Notes under the pieces: generated by a model
Database searches by the model: none
What the model was told of the DNA's origin: nothing
What the model saw: only the letters and a program-made list of their open reading frames with translations
Program-made: the position numbers and the translations under genes
Part shown: positions 47,818 to 56,999 of the stretch, piece after piece
Layout of the letters: the number at the start of each line of letters is the position of its first letter
How positions within the stretch are numbered: the first letter of the stretch is position 1
Assembly: GCA_963767205.1 (NCBI GenBank)
Contig: CAVYDF010000009.1
Coordinates: forward strand, 191,501-255,500
DNA length: 64,000 nucleotides
DNA from: an uncultured Acidobacteriota bacterium
Lineage (GTDB): Bacteria > Acidobacteriota > Terriglobia > Acidiferrales > UBA7541
Reading direction: 5' to 3'

Positions 47818-49131
47818 ATGCGAAGATTTGGCTCCGACTTACCAGGAAAATTGATGGCTGAAGCGAAAAACTCGGTTCAAAAAGAAGTGCTGCCCAACGG
47901 GCTGGTGATAATCACCGAGCCGATGGAGCACATGCACTCCGTTTCGGTGGGAATTTGGCTGCGCGCAGGTTCGCGGCGCGAGCCGGCAGAGCTGAACGGC
48001 ATTTCGCATTTCATCGAGCACATGGTGTTCAAGGGCACCGCGCGGCGCACGGCCGAAGATATCGCGCGGGAAGTGGACAGCGTGGGCGGAATGCTCGACG
48101 CGTTCACTGCAAAAGAAATGGTCTGCTTCAATACGCGCGTGCTCGACGAGCATCTTCCGAAAGCGTTCGACGTGGTTGCGGACATGGTGCTCGAGCCGAA
48201 ATTCGCGAACGAAGATATCGACAAAGAAAAATCCGTGATCCTCGAAGAAATCCGGATGACGCAGGACAATCCCGAAGACCTGGTGCACGAGCTTTTCACG
48301 CAGAATTTCTGGACGCCGCATGCGCTTGGAAAACCGATCCTGGGCACGCCCGAAACAGTTTCGTCATTCACGCGCGAGACGCTCGATAGCTGGTTTCGCC
48401 ACTGGTACGCGCCGAATCATCTGGTGATTACCGCAGCCGGCCGGCTGACCCATCAACAGCTTGTGGATCTGGTCAGCGAGCGCTTCGCAAAGCTCGTGCC
48501 ATCATCGAATGGCGCCGCTGATTCCGTTCCCGTAGCTGCTCCTCACATTACGCAATGCACGAAGCACGAACTCGAGCAGGTGCACATCTGCATCGGCGTG
48601 CCGGCGTTGCCGATGACGGACGAGCGCCGCTTCGTGGTTTCCGCGCTGAACAACGTGCTGGGCGGCGGCATGTCGTCACGTTTGTTCCAGAACATCCGCG
48701 AGAAGCAAGGCCTGGCGTATGCGATTTTCAGCGAGATGAATTCGTATCGCGATTCCGGGTCTTTTTCGGTGTATGCCGGGACATCGCTTGAGAATGTGTC
48801 GAAGGTGGTTCGTTCGGTGCTCGACGAATTCCGCCGGATCAAGGATGAGCCGCTTCCGGAAGAGGAATTACGCCGCGCCAAGGATCATTTGAAGGGCGCG
48901 ACGCTGCTGGCGTCGGAAGGCACCGGGCAGCGAATGACCAGCCTGGCGCGCTATCACATGTATTTCGGCCGCTATTTCTCGCCCACCGACCTGATCGCGC
49001 TGCTTGAAAAAGTAACGCCTGAAGATGTTCAGAAAATCGCGCAGGAATTCTTTCAGCCCGAGCGGATTGCCGCAAGCGTTGTAGGAAATCTCGACGGCTT
49101 CGAATTGTCCCGCGAACACCTCACGTTTTAA
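47818..49131 (+). CDS. M16-family zinc peptidase (insulinase-like)
   Basis: GISHFIEHMVFKGT is the HxxEH motif. ..LEEIRM is also present. The start may be ATG 47854 (MAEAKNSVQKEVLPNGL). Confidence 0.88.
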   Translation: MRRFGSDLPGKLMAEAKNSVQKEVLPNGLVIITEPMEHMHSVSVGIWLRAGSRREPAELNGISHFIEHMVFKGTARRTAEDIAREVDSVGGMLDAFTAKEMVCFNTRVLDEHLPKAFDVVADMVLEPKFANEDIDKEKSVILEEIRMTQDNPEDLVHELFTQNFWTPHALGKPILGTPETVSSFTRETLDSWFRHWYAPNHLVITAAGRLTHQQLVDLVSERFAKLVPSSNGAADSVPVAAPHITQCTKHELEQVHICIGVPALPMTDERRFVVSALNNVLGGGMSSRLFQNIREKQGLAYAIFSEMNSYRDSGSFSVYAGTSLENVSKVVRSVLDEFRRIKDEPLPEEELRRAKDHLKGATLLASEGTGQRMTSLARYHMYFGRYFSPTDLIALLEKVTPEDVQKIAQEFFQPERIAASVVGNLDGFELSREHLTF

Positions 49132-49219
49132 AGAGTCCGGTCACGGCTTTATAAGTTATCAAATTGTTGTCTTCTATCTATTTATATAGAATCCTCGCGC
49201 GACCGGAGGAGGTGACTCG

Positions 49220-49960
49220 ATGAGGTGTAAGGGATATCGAATCGGAATTCTGGTTCTCACGTTTGCTGGAGTAGCCGGCGCTCAGACGGTACAAGTTAAC
49301 CAGCAGAATCGAACGATTGAACTGAGCACTGAGAGCACGATTGAGGTGCAAGCGGACTTGGTCACAATCAAGGTGGGCTACCACAATTACGGTGCCAGCC
49401 ACGACGCTGCCTACGATGAGAATGTCCGCGCCTCCACGCAGATTTTGAAGGCCTGGACTGATGCGGGCGTATCTGAAAAGGACGTTTCGACCCGATCTCT
49501 TTCCCTCAGCCCCGTTTCCGACGCTGATCTGAAAGAGATGCCAGTGGGCGATCGCAAAACGAAACAATTTGAAGCCAGTCAGTCTTGGACAATCACAGCA
49601 AACGCGGCTGTCGCTCAGCGACTCCTCGACATAGGAGTTGCAGCCGGCGCTAATGAAGTGGACGACCCTCAATGGAAGCTTTCGGATCCGGACAGTGCCG
49701 AGGCGAAGGCATACGCCTCCGCTCTCGAAAAGGCTCGCGTCATAGCAACGAAGATGGCTGATGCATTCGGTGCAAGAGTTGGAGCCCTGCTATACGCAAG
49801 CAACGAAGGGCGTCCGCTCCCTTTCCTCACGACTCTCAATACTGAGAGTGCAACAATTACCACTCGATCCTCGACAGCGACTTCTGTGCATCCGGTAAAG
49901 CTATTGCCGCAGAAGGTCGAAAAAAGTGCTCTCGTTCGGGCAATCTTCGCGCTCGAATGA
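49220..49960 (+). CDS. SIMPL (DUF541) domain periplasmic protein
   Basis: It has a signal peptide, then ..IELSTESTIEVQADLVTIKVGY.. and ..KAYASALEKARVIATKMADAFGARVG. Confidence 0.7.
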   Translation: MRCKGYRIGILVLTFAGVAGAQTVQVNQQNRTIELSTESTIEVQADLVTIKVGYHNYGASHDAAYDENVRASTQILKAWTDAGVSEKDVSTRSLSLSPVSDADLKEMPVGDRKTKQFEASQSWTITANAAVAQRLLDIGVAAGANEVDDPQWKLSDPDSAEAKAYASALEKARVIATKMADAFGARVGALLYASNEGRPLPFLTTLNTESATITTRSSTATSVHPVKLLPQKVEKSALVRAIFALE

Positions 49961-50026
49961 TACGTAAGCGGAACGACCGGTGCATCGGTTCATGTTGACC
50001 TTGCGGCCACAGTTTGCCATCATCCA

Positions 50027-50890
50027 TTGCGAAGCTGGTGCTGTGGGGGCACGGCCAGCGGACGGAGAGAGCGCATCGCGTTCCGCATTTCGATTCTAGC
50101 TTCGGGTAGTGCGGGCAACTCCACGTTGCTTGAGACCGAACACACCGCTCTCCTCATCGATGCCGGGCTTGGCAAAAAAGAAATGCTGCGGCGCTTTGAA
50201 GCGCTGGGCCGCGCGAAACCCGAGCACCTCGACGGAATCCTGATTTCCCACGAACACTCCGATCACTCAAACGGCCTTGGCCAACTGCAACGCGAGTGGA
50301 AGTGCCTGGCATTTCTTACCGAGCCGACGCATCGCGTGATCCAGCAGATGCTCACAGATCAGGGCATCAAGAAAAAGATTGATCACGTGCAGTACGTGCA
50401 TCCCGGCGAGAAATTTGAAATCGGCGATATCGAAGTCACGCCATTCGCGATTCCTCATGATGCATCGGATCCTGTGGGCTATTGCTTCAAGGCCAATGGA
50501 ATCAAGGTAGCGATCGTTACCGATCTGGGCTATCTGCCCGAGCTTGTGAAGCACCATTTGCGCGAAGCCGATTTTTTGATTCTGGAATCGAATCACGATC
50601 TCGAGATGCTGAAGGTGGGTCCTTACCCCTGGCACATCAAGCAGCGAGTGATGAGCCGCACGGGGCACCTGTCGAATGCCACTGTGAGCGATTTCCTGGC
50701 AGATTGTGAAGTGTTTGACGGGCTCGCGCGGCATCTCGTTCTCGCGCATCTTTCCGAGCAGAATAATAATCCTTCTGTGGCGCGTATTTCCGCTGAAGAG
50801 GCGCTGGGTCGGCGGGCGCCTTTGTTTGCATTTGGCGGCACATTGCATATTGCTTCGCAGCATTCTCCGCTTGGACCGTTTGAGCTGTAG
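50027..50890 (+). CDS. MBL-fold metallo-hydrolase
   Basis: ILASGSAGNSTLLE..LIDAGLG..ILISHEHSDH..HLSE. The start codon is uncertain. Confidence 0.85.
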   Translation: MRSWCCGGTASGRRERIAFRISILASGSAGNSTLLETEHTALLIDAGLGKKEMLRRFEALGRAKPEHLDGILISHEHSDHSNGLGQLQREWKCLAFLTEPTHRVIQQMLTDQGIKKKIDHVQYVHPGEKFEIGDIEVTPFAIPHDASDPVGYCFKANGIKVAIVTDLGYLPELVKHHLREADFLILESNHDLEMLKVGPYPWHIKQRVMSRTGHLSNATVSDFLADCEVFDGLARHLVLAHLSEQNNNPSVARISAEEALGRRAPLFAFGGTLHIASQHSPLGPFEL

Positions 50891-51223
50891 CCACCCCTTA
50901 CAGATAGAACTGCAGATTCCTCTCTACGCCGCGCGCCCATCGCCCCGCGATTGGGAAGGCAGAGGCGCGCGCGGCTTCGCTCGGAATGACAGAGTGCGGG
51001 GTGGAATTGCCGGCTGAGATCCTTCAAGGCGGGCATCCTGAACGGATGCCTTCAGGATGACAACGTTTTGTTGAGTGATCGTAGTGAGACGCGTGGGGTT
51101 GGGGCTGAAGTGGGTCGGGCGTGGCGAGTGAGTGGATCGAAGTCAAAAGAACGAAGCTGCGTCGCGTGCCAAGAATTGATGAGCTGTGCTGTGTTTTTGC
51201 GCAGGCACAGGCTGAAGCCTATG

Positions 51224-52069
51224 CTACCGGGCTTCTTCGCGCCTCGCGAGATTCTGGTAGAACATGTCGTGCATATGGCGGGTGGTGCCGCTTTCGAGGT
51301 CGGCGTTGCGGACGATGGCCGTGCGCGCGTCGAATAGGCTTTCTGGATTCACCGCGATACCTGGCGCTACTTCGATTTGAACCAGGTTCGGCCCGCGATT
51401 TTTTTCTCCAGCGATTTCGCGGAGGCCCTGGCACTGGTAGCAAACGCCGGTTTTATTGATGAGGGCGCAAAGGCCGTCGAAGGCTTGCGTCATTTTCGCG
51501 CGCGCATCGGAAAGACGATGGCGAAAGACGGGCTCTGAGACGCGCAGGATCGCCGCTGCTTCCTGGTTCGTGAATTCGAGAACTTCTTTCAGCATCACGG
51601 CTGCTTGCTCTTCGGGTTCGAGCGAACGAGCGATGCAGGAAAAGCAGAAGGCGATGTGCTCGCGAATTTCATAGACGAAGCCGGGCGAGCTCATCAAATC
51701 GCGCAGGCCTTCGAGCTGTTCGGGATGCTCGGTGGTTTCCTGCTCGCCAATGCGCTGCGCTTCCACGCGCCAGCGTTTGCGCGTGCGCAAATGGTCGAGG
51801 CAGGCGTGCGTGGCGATACCAAAAAGCCAGCTCTTGAAGCGCGCTTCGCCACGATAGGTGCGAATATCTTCGAGCACGCGGATGAAAACGTCTTGCAGGA
51901 GATCTTCGGCGTCCTGCCGCAACGTAACCATGCGATAGATGTAGCCGAAGAGCGGCTTGCGCCAGGGCTCGACGAGCGAGCCGAATGCATCGCGATCGCC
52001 TTGTTGTGCGCGCTCGACGAGTTTTAGTTCGTCGTCGTGTGGAAGCGGGGGCTGCGAATAGCCTGTCAT
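51224..52069 (-). CDS. ECF-type sigma-70 factor with a Cys-containing C-terminal extension
   Basis: The start is at MTGYS (52069). Region 2 reads DAEDLLQDVFIRVLE. Region 4 reads VMLKEVLEFTNQEAAAILRVSEPVFRHRLSDAR. An extra segment of about 90 aa contains GLCALINKTGVCYQCQG, and a CFSC motif lies in the linker. Confidence 0.85.
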   Translation of the reverse strand: MTGYSQPPLPHDDELKLVERAQQGDRDAFGSLVEPWRKPLFGYIYRMVTLRQDAEDLLQDVFIRVLEDIRTYRGEARFKSWLFGIATHACLDHLRTRKRWRVEAQRIGEQETTEHPEQLEGLRDLMSSPGFVYEIREHIAFCFSCIARSLEPEEQAAVMLKEVLEFTNQEAAAILRVSEPVFRHRLSDARAKMTQAFDGLCALINKTGVCYQCQGLREIAGEKNRGPNLVQIEVAPGIAVNPESLFDARTAIVRNADLESGTTRHMHDMFYQNLARREEAR

Positions 52070-52214
52070 CGTACTTTCTCGCTTGGCGATTTCGCCTTGA
52101 GGTTCGGGCCGCGACAGTTTACATCGGTTCCCACCGAGAGCCACCGAGAGTCGATGATCTGCCGCGGCCCGCGAGACTTTCTCCGCGCGATCACGCTGCT
52201 GCTTGAAACGCGCG

Positions 52215-52571
52215 CTAGGATTTCACCAGCACCTGGCACAACTGCAGGCGATTGCCGGAAGGATCGCGGAAAATGGCGAGCTTCACCATGCCGGGAATTT
52301 CTTCCGTCTTGCCTTCGAATTTCACGCCACTTGATTCAAGGCGTTTGCGTTCGCGTTCGATATCGTCAACGCGCAGCACGATCGTCGCGCCGTGTTCTTT
52401 CGGAGTGTATTGTCCCGTCGAGATGCCGACGGCTGCTTCATCCTGGCCGCCGCCATTGAATTCCGCCCAGCCATCCATTTCGAACGATTTCTTGAGGCCG
52501 AGCACGCTACCGTAGAATTTCTTGGCTTGCTCGAAATCGTTTACGTTGAACCATGCGACTGATAGCTTCAT
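52215..52571 (-). CDS. VOC/glyoxalase-family protein
   Basis: GGGAGA lies upstream of ATG 52571. MKLSVAWFNVNDFEQAKKFYGSVLGLK..ATIVLRVDDIE..LAIFRDPSGNRLQL. Confidence 0.8.
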   Translation of the reverse strand: MKLSVAWFNVNDFEQAKKFYGSVLGLKKSFEMDGWAEFNGGGQDEAAVGISTGQYTPKEHGATIVLRVDDIERERKRLESSGVKFEGKTEEIPGMVKLAIFRDPSGNRLQLCQVLVKS

Positions 52572-52768
52572 TGTAGGTCTCCCTGTTCGATTGAATTTGT
52601 GCTGCTGGAAGCTATGTCGTTTGACGATGGGATTTCCGCCAAATAGCAGATAGTAAAAGGGATGGGAAAACAAATCTCGGCGTTCGGCGAGGCGCGACAA
52701 GACGTACTAGCGCGTCATACCGAGGGGTTAGATTGCTGGTCAGAAGAAGGTGCGGGAGAATTAAGATC

Positions 52769-53365
52769 TTACTTGCAGCCGGTTTTGACGAACTTCGCCT
52801 GTACTCGTTCCATTGATTTTTCGTTCTCTTTCCTCATCGGTGTCAACGGAATGGAGTCGCCGGAAACTGTATAGGTATCGCCCTGAAGAAAAGGTTGTTC
52901 GTCCGCGAAAGCCTTTAGTGCCCGTCCATAGTACAAACAACTGTCTGCGGTAGAAAGGTCTCCAGCCTCCTCGAATCCGCGTCCAGCACTATAGAATTTC
53001 ACAGTGTCAAAGGGCTCTTGCGGATGAAGCGAAAGGTCCTTGTCAAAATATACGACTGCCTGCCGTATCCACTCGTCTTTGTGCGTCGCGTCTCTCGACG
53101 CCTTTGCGAGATAAACGATTGCCATTTGCTCGTACACAAGTCCGTTGGCTCCTGAGTCATCTTCAGGGTGTGACTTCAACCATTCCTGCGCCACTCGTAT
53201 AGCATCGTCCCACTTTCCTTTCTTGCCGTGCCTCGTCATCAGGGTAATCATCTCGCTTCTGGTCTTGGACGGAGTTGCACGGCAACTTCCAAGGAAAACT
53301 ATTGCGAGGATTGAAACACTCACAAGGAGGATAAGCTTTCTCGTGCGGCGTTTAGGTTCTGGCAT
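52769..53365 (-). CDS. Hypothetical lipoprotein-like protein
   Basis: LILLVSVSILAIVFLGSC is a lipobox-like signal. The remainder is unrecognised. Confidence 0.55.
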   Translation of the reverse strand: MPEPKRRTRKLILLVSVSILAIVFLGSCRATPSKTRSEMITLMTRHGKKGKWDDAIRVAQEWLKSHPEDDSGANGLVYEQMAIVYLAKASRDATHKDEWIRQAVVYFDKDLSLHPQEPFDTVKFYSAGRGFEEAGDLSTADSCLYYGRALKAFADEQPFLQGDTYTVSGDSIPLTPMRKENEKSMERVQAKFVKTGCK

Positions 53366-53517
53366 CCGTCATGGCAATCTAGCACAGAAGCAATCAGCGG
53401 AGCACTTCAGGATAAATGTCAAAAGAGGCTGTCATCCCCCACTCACTAGCTGCTAACAGAGGCGGACACGCCCGGCTCTTGAGAAACACTCACGATAAAC
53501 GGATATAATCCTTTGCG

Positions 53518-54027
53518 ATGATTCCGCCTACCTACAAACCAAAAAAGAAATTCATGGAGCTGGCTATCGCCGAGGCGAAACGCGCCGGCGACCGCGGCGA
53601 CTATCCGATTGGCGCGGTGATTACGCGACTGGTGGGCAAACGCGAAGTGGTGATTGCCAGCGCCGGCAACCGGGTGAAAACTTCGGGCTCGAGCATCAAG
53701 CACGTCGAACTCGAAACGCTGAAGTATGTGTCGAGCGGCTATGGGCGCTACCTGCCCGACTTCGTGCTTTACTCGACGCATGAGCCGTGCGCGATGTGCG
53801 CGGGGGCCGGCGTGTGGTCACGAATTGGCGCGGTGGTGTACGGCGTGTCGCAAGAAGATATTGCCGCGTATGGGCGCAAGCACGGCACCGAGTATTACAA
53901 GTGGCGAGCTTGCCTGATCTCGTGCCGGCTGATTTTCGAGAAGGGCAATCACCGCATTCCTGTCTTTGGCGGATTCCTGCGGCGCGAATGCCAGAAACTT
54001 TTCAGTTATAGGCCTGCGAAGCGCTAG
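53518..54027 (+). CDS. Cytidine/deoxycytidylate-type nucleoside deaminase
   Basis: MELAIAEAKRAGDRGDYPIGAVI..THEPCAMCAGA carries the zinc-binding HxE..PCxxC motif. Confidence 0.85.
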   Translation: MIPPTYKPKKKFMELAIAEAKRAGDRGDYPIGAVITRLVGKREVVIASAGNRVKTSGSSIKHVELETLKYVSSGYGRYLPDFVLYSTHEPCAMCAGAGVWSRIGAVVYGVSQEDIAAYGRKHGTEYYKWRACLISCRLIFEKGNHRIPVFGGFLRRECQKLFSYRPAKR

Positions 54028-54090
54028 GCGTCGTCTTCCGGCATCGTTTACGGGTATAATGGAGCAGGGAAATTCCCCGCCGTTTGCAGA

Positions 54091-55446
54091 TTGTCAGAAG
54101 GAAAGCTGCGCCAAGAGGAGCTTCATTTGATCCCGCGATACACACGCGCGGAAATGGGCCGCGTCTGGAGCGAAGAAAATAAATTTCAGAAATGGCTCGA
54201 AGTGGAGCTGGCCGCCGCCGAAACGCTGGCGGAAGCGGGCATCGTGCCGCGCGAAGCCGCGCTGAAGCTGCGCGAACGCGGTCGCGTCGACGTAGCGCGA
54301 ATTAATGAGCTGGAAGCGAAGGTGCGCCACGACGTGATCGCGTTCACGATGGCGGTGCAGGAATCGGTGGGCGATCCCGAGGCGGCGCGCTGGCTGCATT
54401 ACGGGCTCACGTCAAACGACGTGGTGGACACGGCGCAGGCGCTGCTGGTGCGCGAAGCTTCGCAGCAGATCGAGAAGGCGCTGGAGCGGATGGGCGAAGT
54501 GCTCGAGCAGCGCGCGTGGGAATTCAAAGACACGCCGCAGATTGGCCGGACGCATGGCGTGCACGCGGAGCCGATTACGTTCGGGCTGAAAATTGCGAAT
54601 TGGTTTTCGGAGAATCGCCGCGATCTGGCGCGGTTTCAAGTGGCGGCGCGGCAGATGGCGGTGGGAAAAATTTCAGGCGCGGTGGGGACATGCACGCACC
54701 TCGGCCCTGAAATCGAAGAGAAGATTTGCGCGCGGCTGGGGCTGGCGACGGCGCCGATTACTTCGCAAGTGATTGAACGCGACCGGCACGCGCAATATCT
54801 ATCGACCTTGGCGATTGTGGCGGGTGGGCTGGAACGCATCGCGCAGGAAGTGCGCCATCTGCAGCGGACGGAAGTGCGCGAGGTGGAGGAGCCGTTTGGC
54901 GGGGAGCAGCGCGGGAGTTCAGCGATGCCGCACAAGCGGAATCCGGTGTCGAGCGAGCAGGTGTGCGGGCTGGCGCGCGTGGTGAGGGCGAATTCTTTGG
55001 CGGCGCTCGAAAATATCGCGCTGTGGCACGAGCGCGACATTTCGCACAGTTCGGTGGAGCGGGTGATTCTGCCGGATTCGACGATCCTCACTGACTACAT
55101 GCTGCATCGCACGACGGAAATTGTGGCGAACATGAAAGTGTTTCCCGAGCGGATGCGGCGGAATCTGGATGCGACGAAGGGGCTCGTGTTTTCCGGGCAG
55201 CTGCTGCAGGATCTTGTGGAGCACGGCGCGCCGCGCGAAGATGCTTACAAGTGGGTGCAGAGCCATGCGATGGTGGCGTGGGATTCGGAGACGAGCTTCA
55301 GAGATCGCGTCGCGTCCGACTCGAATATCAGGAAGTATCTCGACGGAAAAGCGCTCGCGCATACTTTCGACTTGCAACGGCAGTTGCGCGCCGTGGACGC
55401 GATTTTCCGGCGTGTGTTCGGCACAAAAGCCTCCGTCGCGATGTAA
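54091..55446 (+). CDS. purB: Adenylosuccinate lyase
   Basis: IPRYTRAEM..GLTSNDVVDTA..GSSAMPHKRNPVSSE. The start may be TTG 54127. Confidence 0.92.
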   Translation: MSEGKLRQEELHLIPRYTRAEMGRVWSEENKFQKWLEVELAAAETLAEAGIVPREAALKLRERGRVDVARINELEAKVRHDVIAFTMAVQESVGDPEAARWLHYGLTSNDVVDTAQALLVREASQQIEKALERMGEVLEQRAWEFKDTPQIGRTHGVHAEPITFGLKIANWFSENRRDLARFQVAARQMAVGKISGAVGTCTHLGPEIEEKICARLGLATAPITSQVIERDRHAQYLSTLAIVAGGLERIAQEVRHLQRTEVREVEEPFGGEQRGSSAMPHKRNPVSSEQVCGLARVVRANSLAALENIALWHERDISHSSVERVILPDSTILTDYMLHRTTEIVANMKVFPERMRRNLDATKGLVFSGQLLQDLVEHGAPREDAYKWVQSHAMVAWDSETSFRDRVASDSNIRKYLDGKALAHTFDLQRQLRAVDAIFRRVFGTKASVAM

Positions 55447-55588
55447 ATACGCTTTGCGCCGCTAGCCACAAATCGCGCCACTTTGAAGCGGCGCAAAACT
55501 TCACAAGAGCGTCCCTCAGCGGCTAAAGTCGCATCGATTGCTTTCGGTCTTGCGGCACGACTGAAGTCGTGCCCCGACGCAAGTCAGT

Positions 55589-56905
55589 CTAAGCTACCGC
55601 GAGGTAGATGTAGCGCAGGATGAAAAGCGCGGTGAGGATCCAGAGCAGCAAGCTGATTTCGCGAAATTTTCCCGCGCCGATTTTCACCACTGTGTAGGAA
55701 ATCACGCCGAGGCTCAGGCCTGTGGCGATGCTGAAGGTAAGCGGCGTGGCCAGCACGGTGACGAATGCCGGAAAAGCGTCGCTGAAATCGTCCCAGTTGA
55801 CGCGCGCCACCGACTGCATCATCAGCGCGCCGACTAGAATCAACGCGGGAGCTGTGGCAAAACCTGGAATCGCGGTCGCAACCGGCGAGAAAAACACCGC
55901 TCCCAGAAACAGCGCGGCAACGAGAATGTTGCTCAAGCCTGTTCGCGCGCCCGCCGACACGCCCGCTGCGCTTTCGATATAGCTCGTGACCGTGGATGTG
56001 CCGGTCATCGAGCCAAAAACCGTTCCAACGGCATCTGCAAGCAGCGCACGGCCCACACGCGGAATTTTTCCGTCCTTGACGAAGCCTGCCTGCTCGCAAA
56101 CGGCGACGAGCGTGCCGACGTTGTCCAGCAGATCGACGAACAAAAATATGAACATGATCTCGAAAAGCCCTAGATGCAGCGCGCCATGCAAATCGAATTT
56201 CAGGAATGTGAGCGATGGATGCGGCATCGAAACCAGCGCGGTGGGCCAGCGCGACATCCCGCGAAGAATTCCCAGCAGCGTGGTGCCAAGGATTCCGATG
56301 AGCATCGCGCCTTTCACTTTTCGCACGATTAAAATCAGCATCAGCACCAGGCCGAAGCAGGCAGCCTGCACTTCTCGGTCGGAAAAGCTTCCGATACTCA
56401 CCAGCGTGGCGGGATTGGCGACCACGAGCTTCGCGTTCTTCAAGCCCACGAAGGCGATGAACATGCCTATACCCGCGGCCGTCGAATGCTTCAGCGAATC
56501 GGGGATTCCATTGACGATCTGCTCGCGCACGCGCGAAACAGTGAGGAGCACGAACAGAACGCCCGAAAAAAACACGACGCCGAGCGCCGTTTGCCACGGG
56601 ATGTGCATGCCGAGGCAAACGGAGTAGGTAAAGTAGGCGTTGAGCGACATGCCCGGCGCCAGCGCGATGGGATAATTTGCGTAAAGCCCCATCACCAGCG
56701 TGGCCGCGGCGGAAGAAATGCACGTCGCGAAAAGAACGCCTTCCGGCGGCATCCCCGCTTGCGCGAGAATCTGCGGATTCACCACAATCACGTACGCCAT
56801 CGTCATGAACGTGGTGAGCCCGCCGAGCATCTCCTGGCGAATGGTGGTCTGATTCTCCGCCAGCTTAAAATAACGCTCGAGCACCCGGCCTCCGCGAATC
56901 GCCAA
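55589..56905 (-). CDS. NCS2-family purine (adenine/guanine/hypoxanthine) permease, AzgA-like
   Basis: YFKLAENQTTIRQEMLGGLTTFMTMAYVIVVNPQIL. The 438 aa sequence has multiple TM segments. Confidence 0.88.
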   Translation of the reverse strand: MAIRGGRVLERYFKLAENQTTIRQEMLGGLTTFMTMAYVIVVNPQILAQAGMPPEGVLFATCISSAAATLVMGLYANYPIALAPGMSLNAYFTYSVCLGMHIPWQTALGVVFFSGVLFVLLTVSRVREQIVNGIPDSLKHSTAAGIGMFIAFVGLKNAKLVVANPATLVSIGSFSDREVQAACFGLVLMLILIVRKVKGAMLIGILGTTLLGILRGMSRWPTALVSMPHPSLTFLKFDLHGALHLGLFEIMFIFLFVDLLDNVGTLVAVCEQAGFVKDGKIPRVGRALLADAVGTVFGSMTGTSTVTSYIESAAGVSAGARTGLSNILVAALFLGAVFFSPVATAIPGFATAPALILVGALMMQSVARVNWDDFSDAFPAFVTVLATPLTFSIATGLSLGVISYTVVKIGAGKFREISLLLWILTALFILRYIYLAVA

Positions 56906-56999
56906 AAAGAATTGCCACTCTAGAGTGGCCCCGCTGCAGTGTCAATGATGGTCAGTTTCAGAGTGTGACTTCAAGCGGCTCGGCTCTTACTAAGTTGGG

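Noticed and set aside
55584-56723. 379 aa minus-strand ORF in an alternative frame of the NCS2 permease
   Set aside because: It is on the same strand as the real permease gene but out of frame, and its sequence is Arg/Ala/His-rich.
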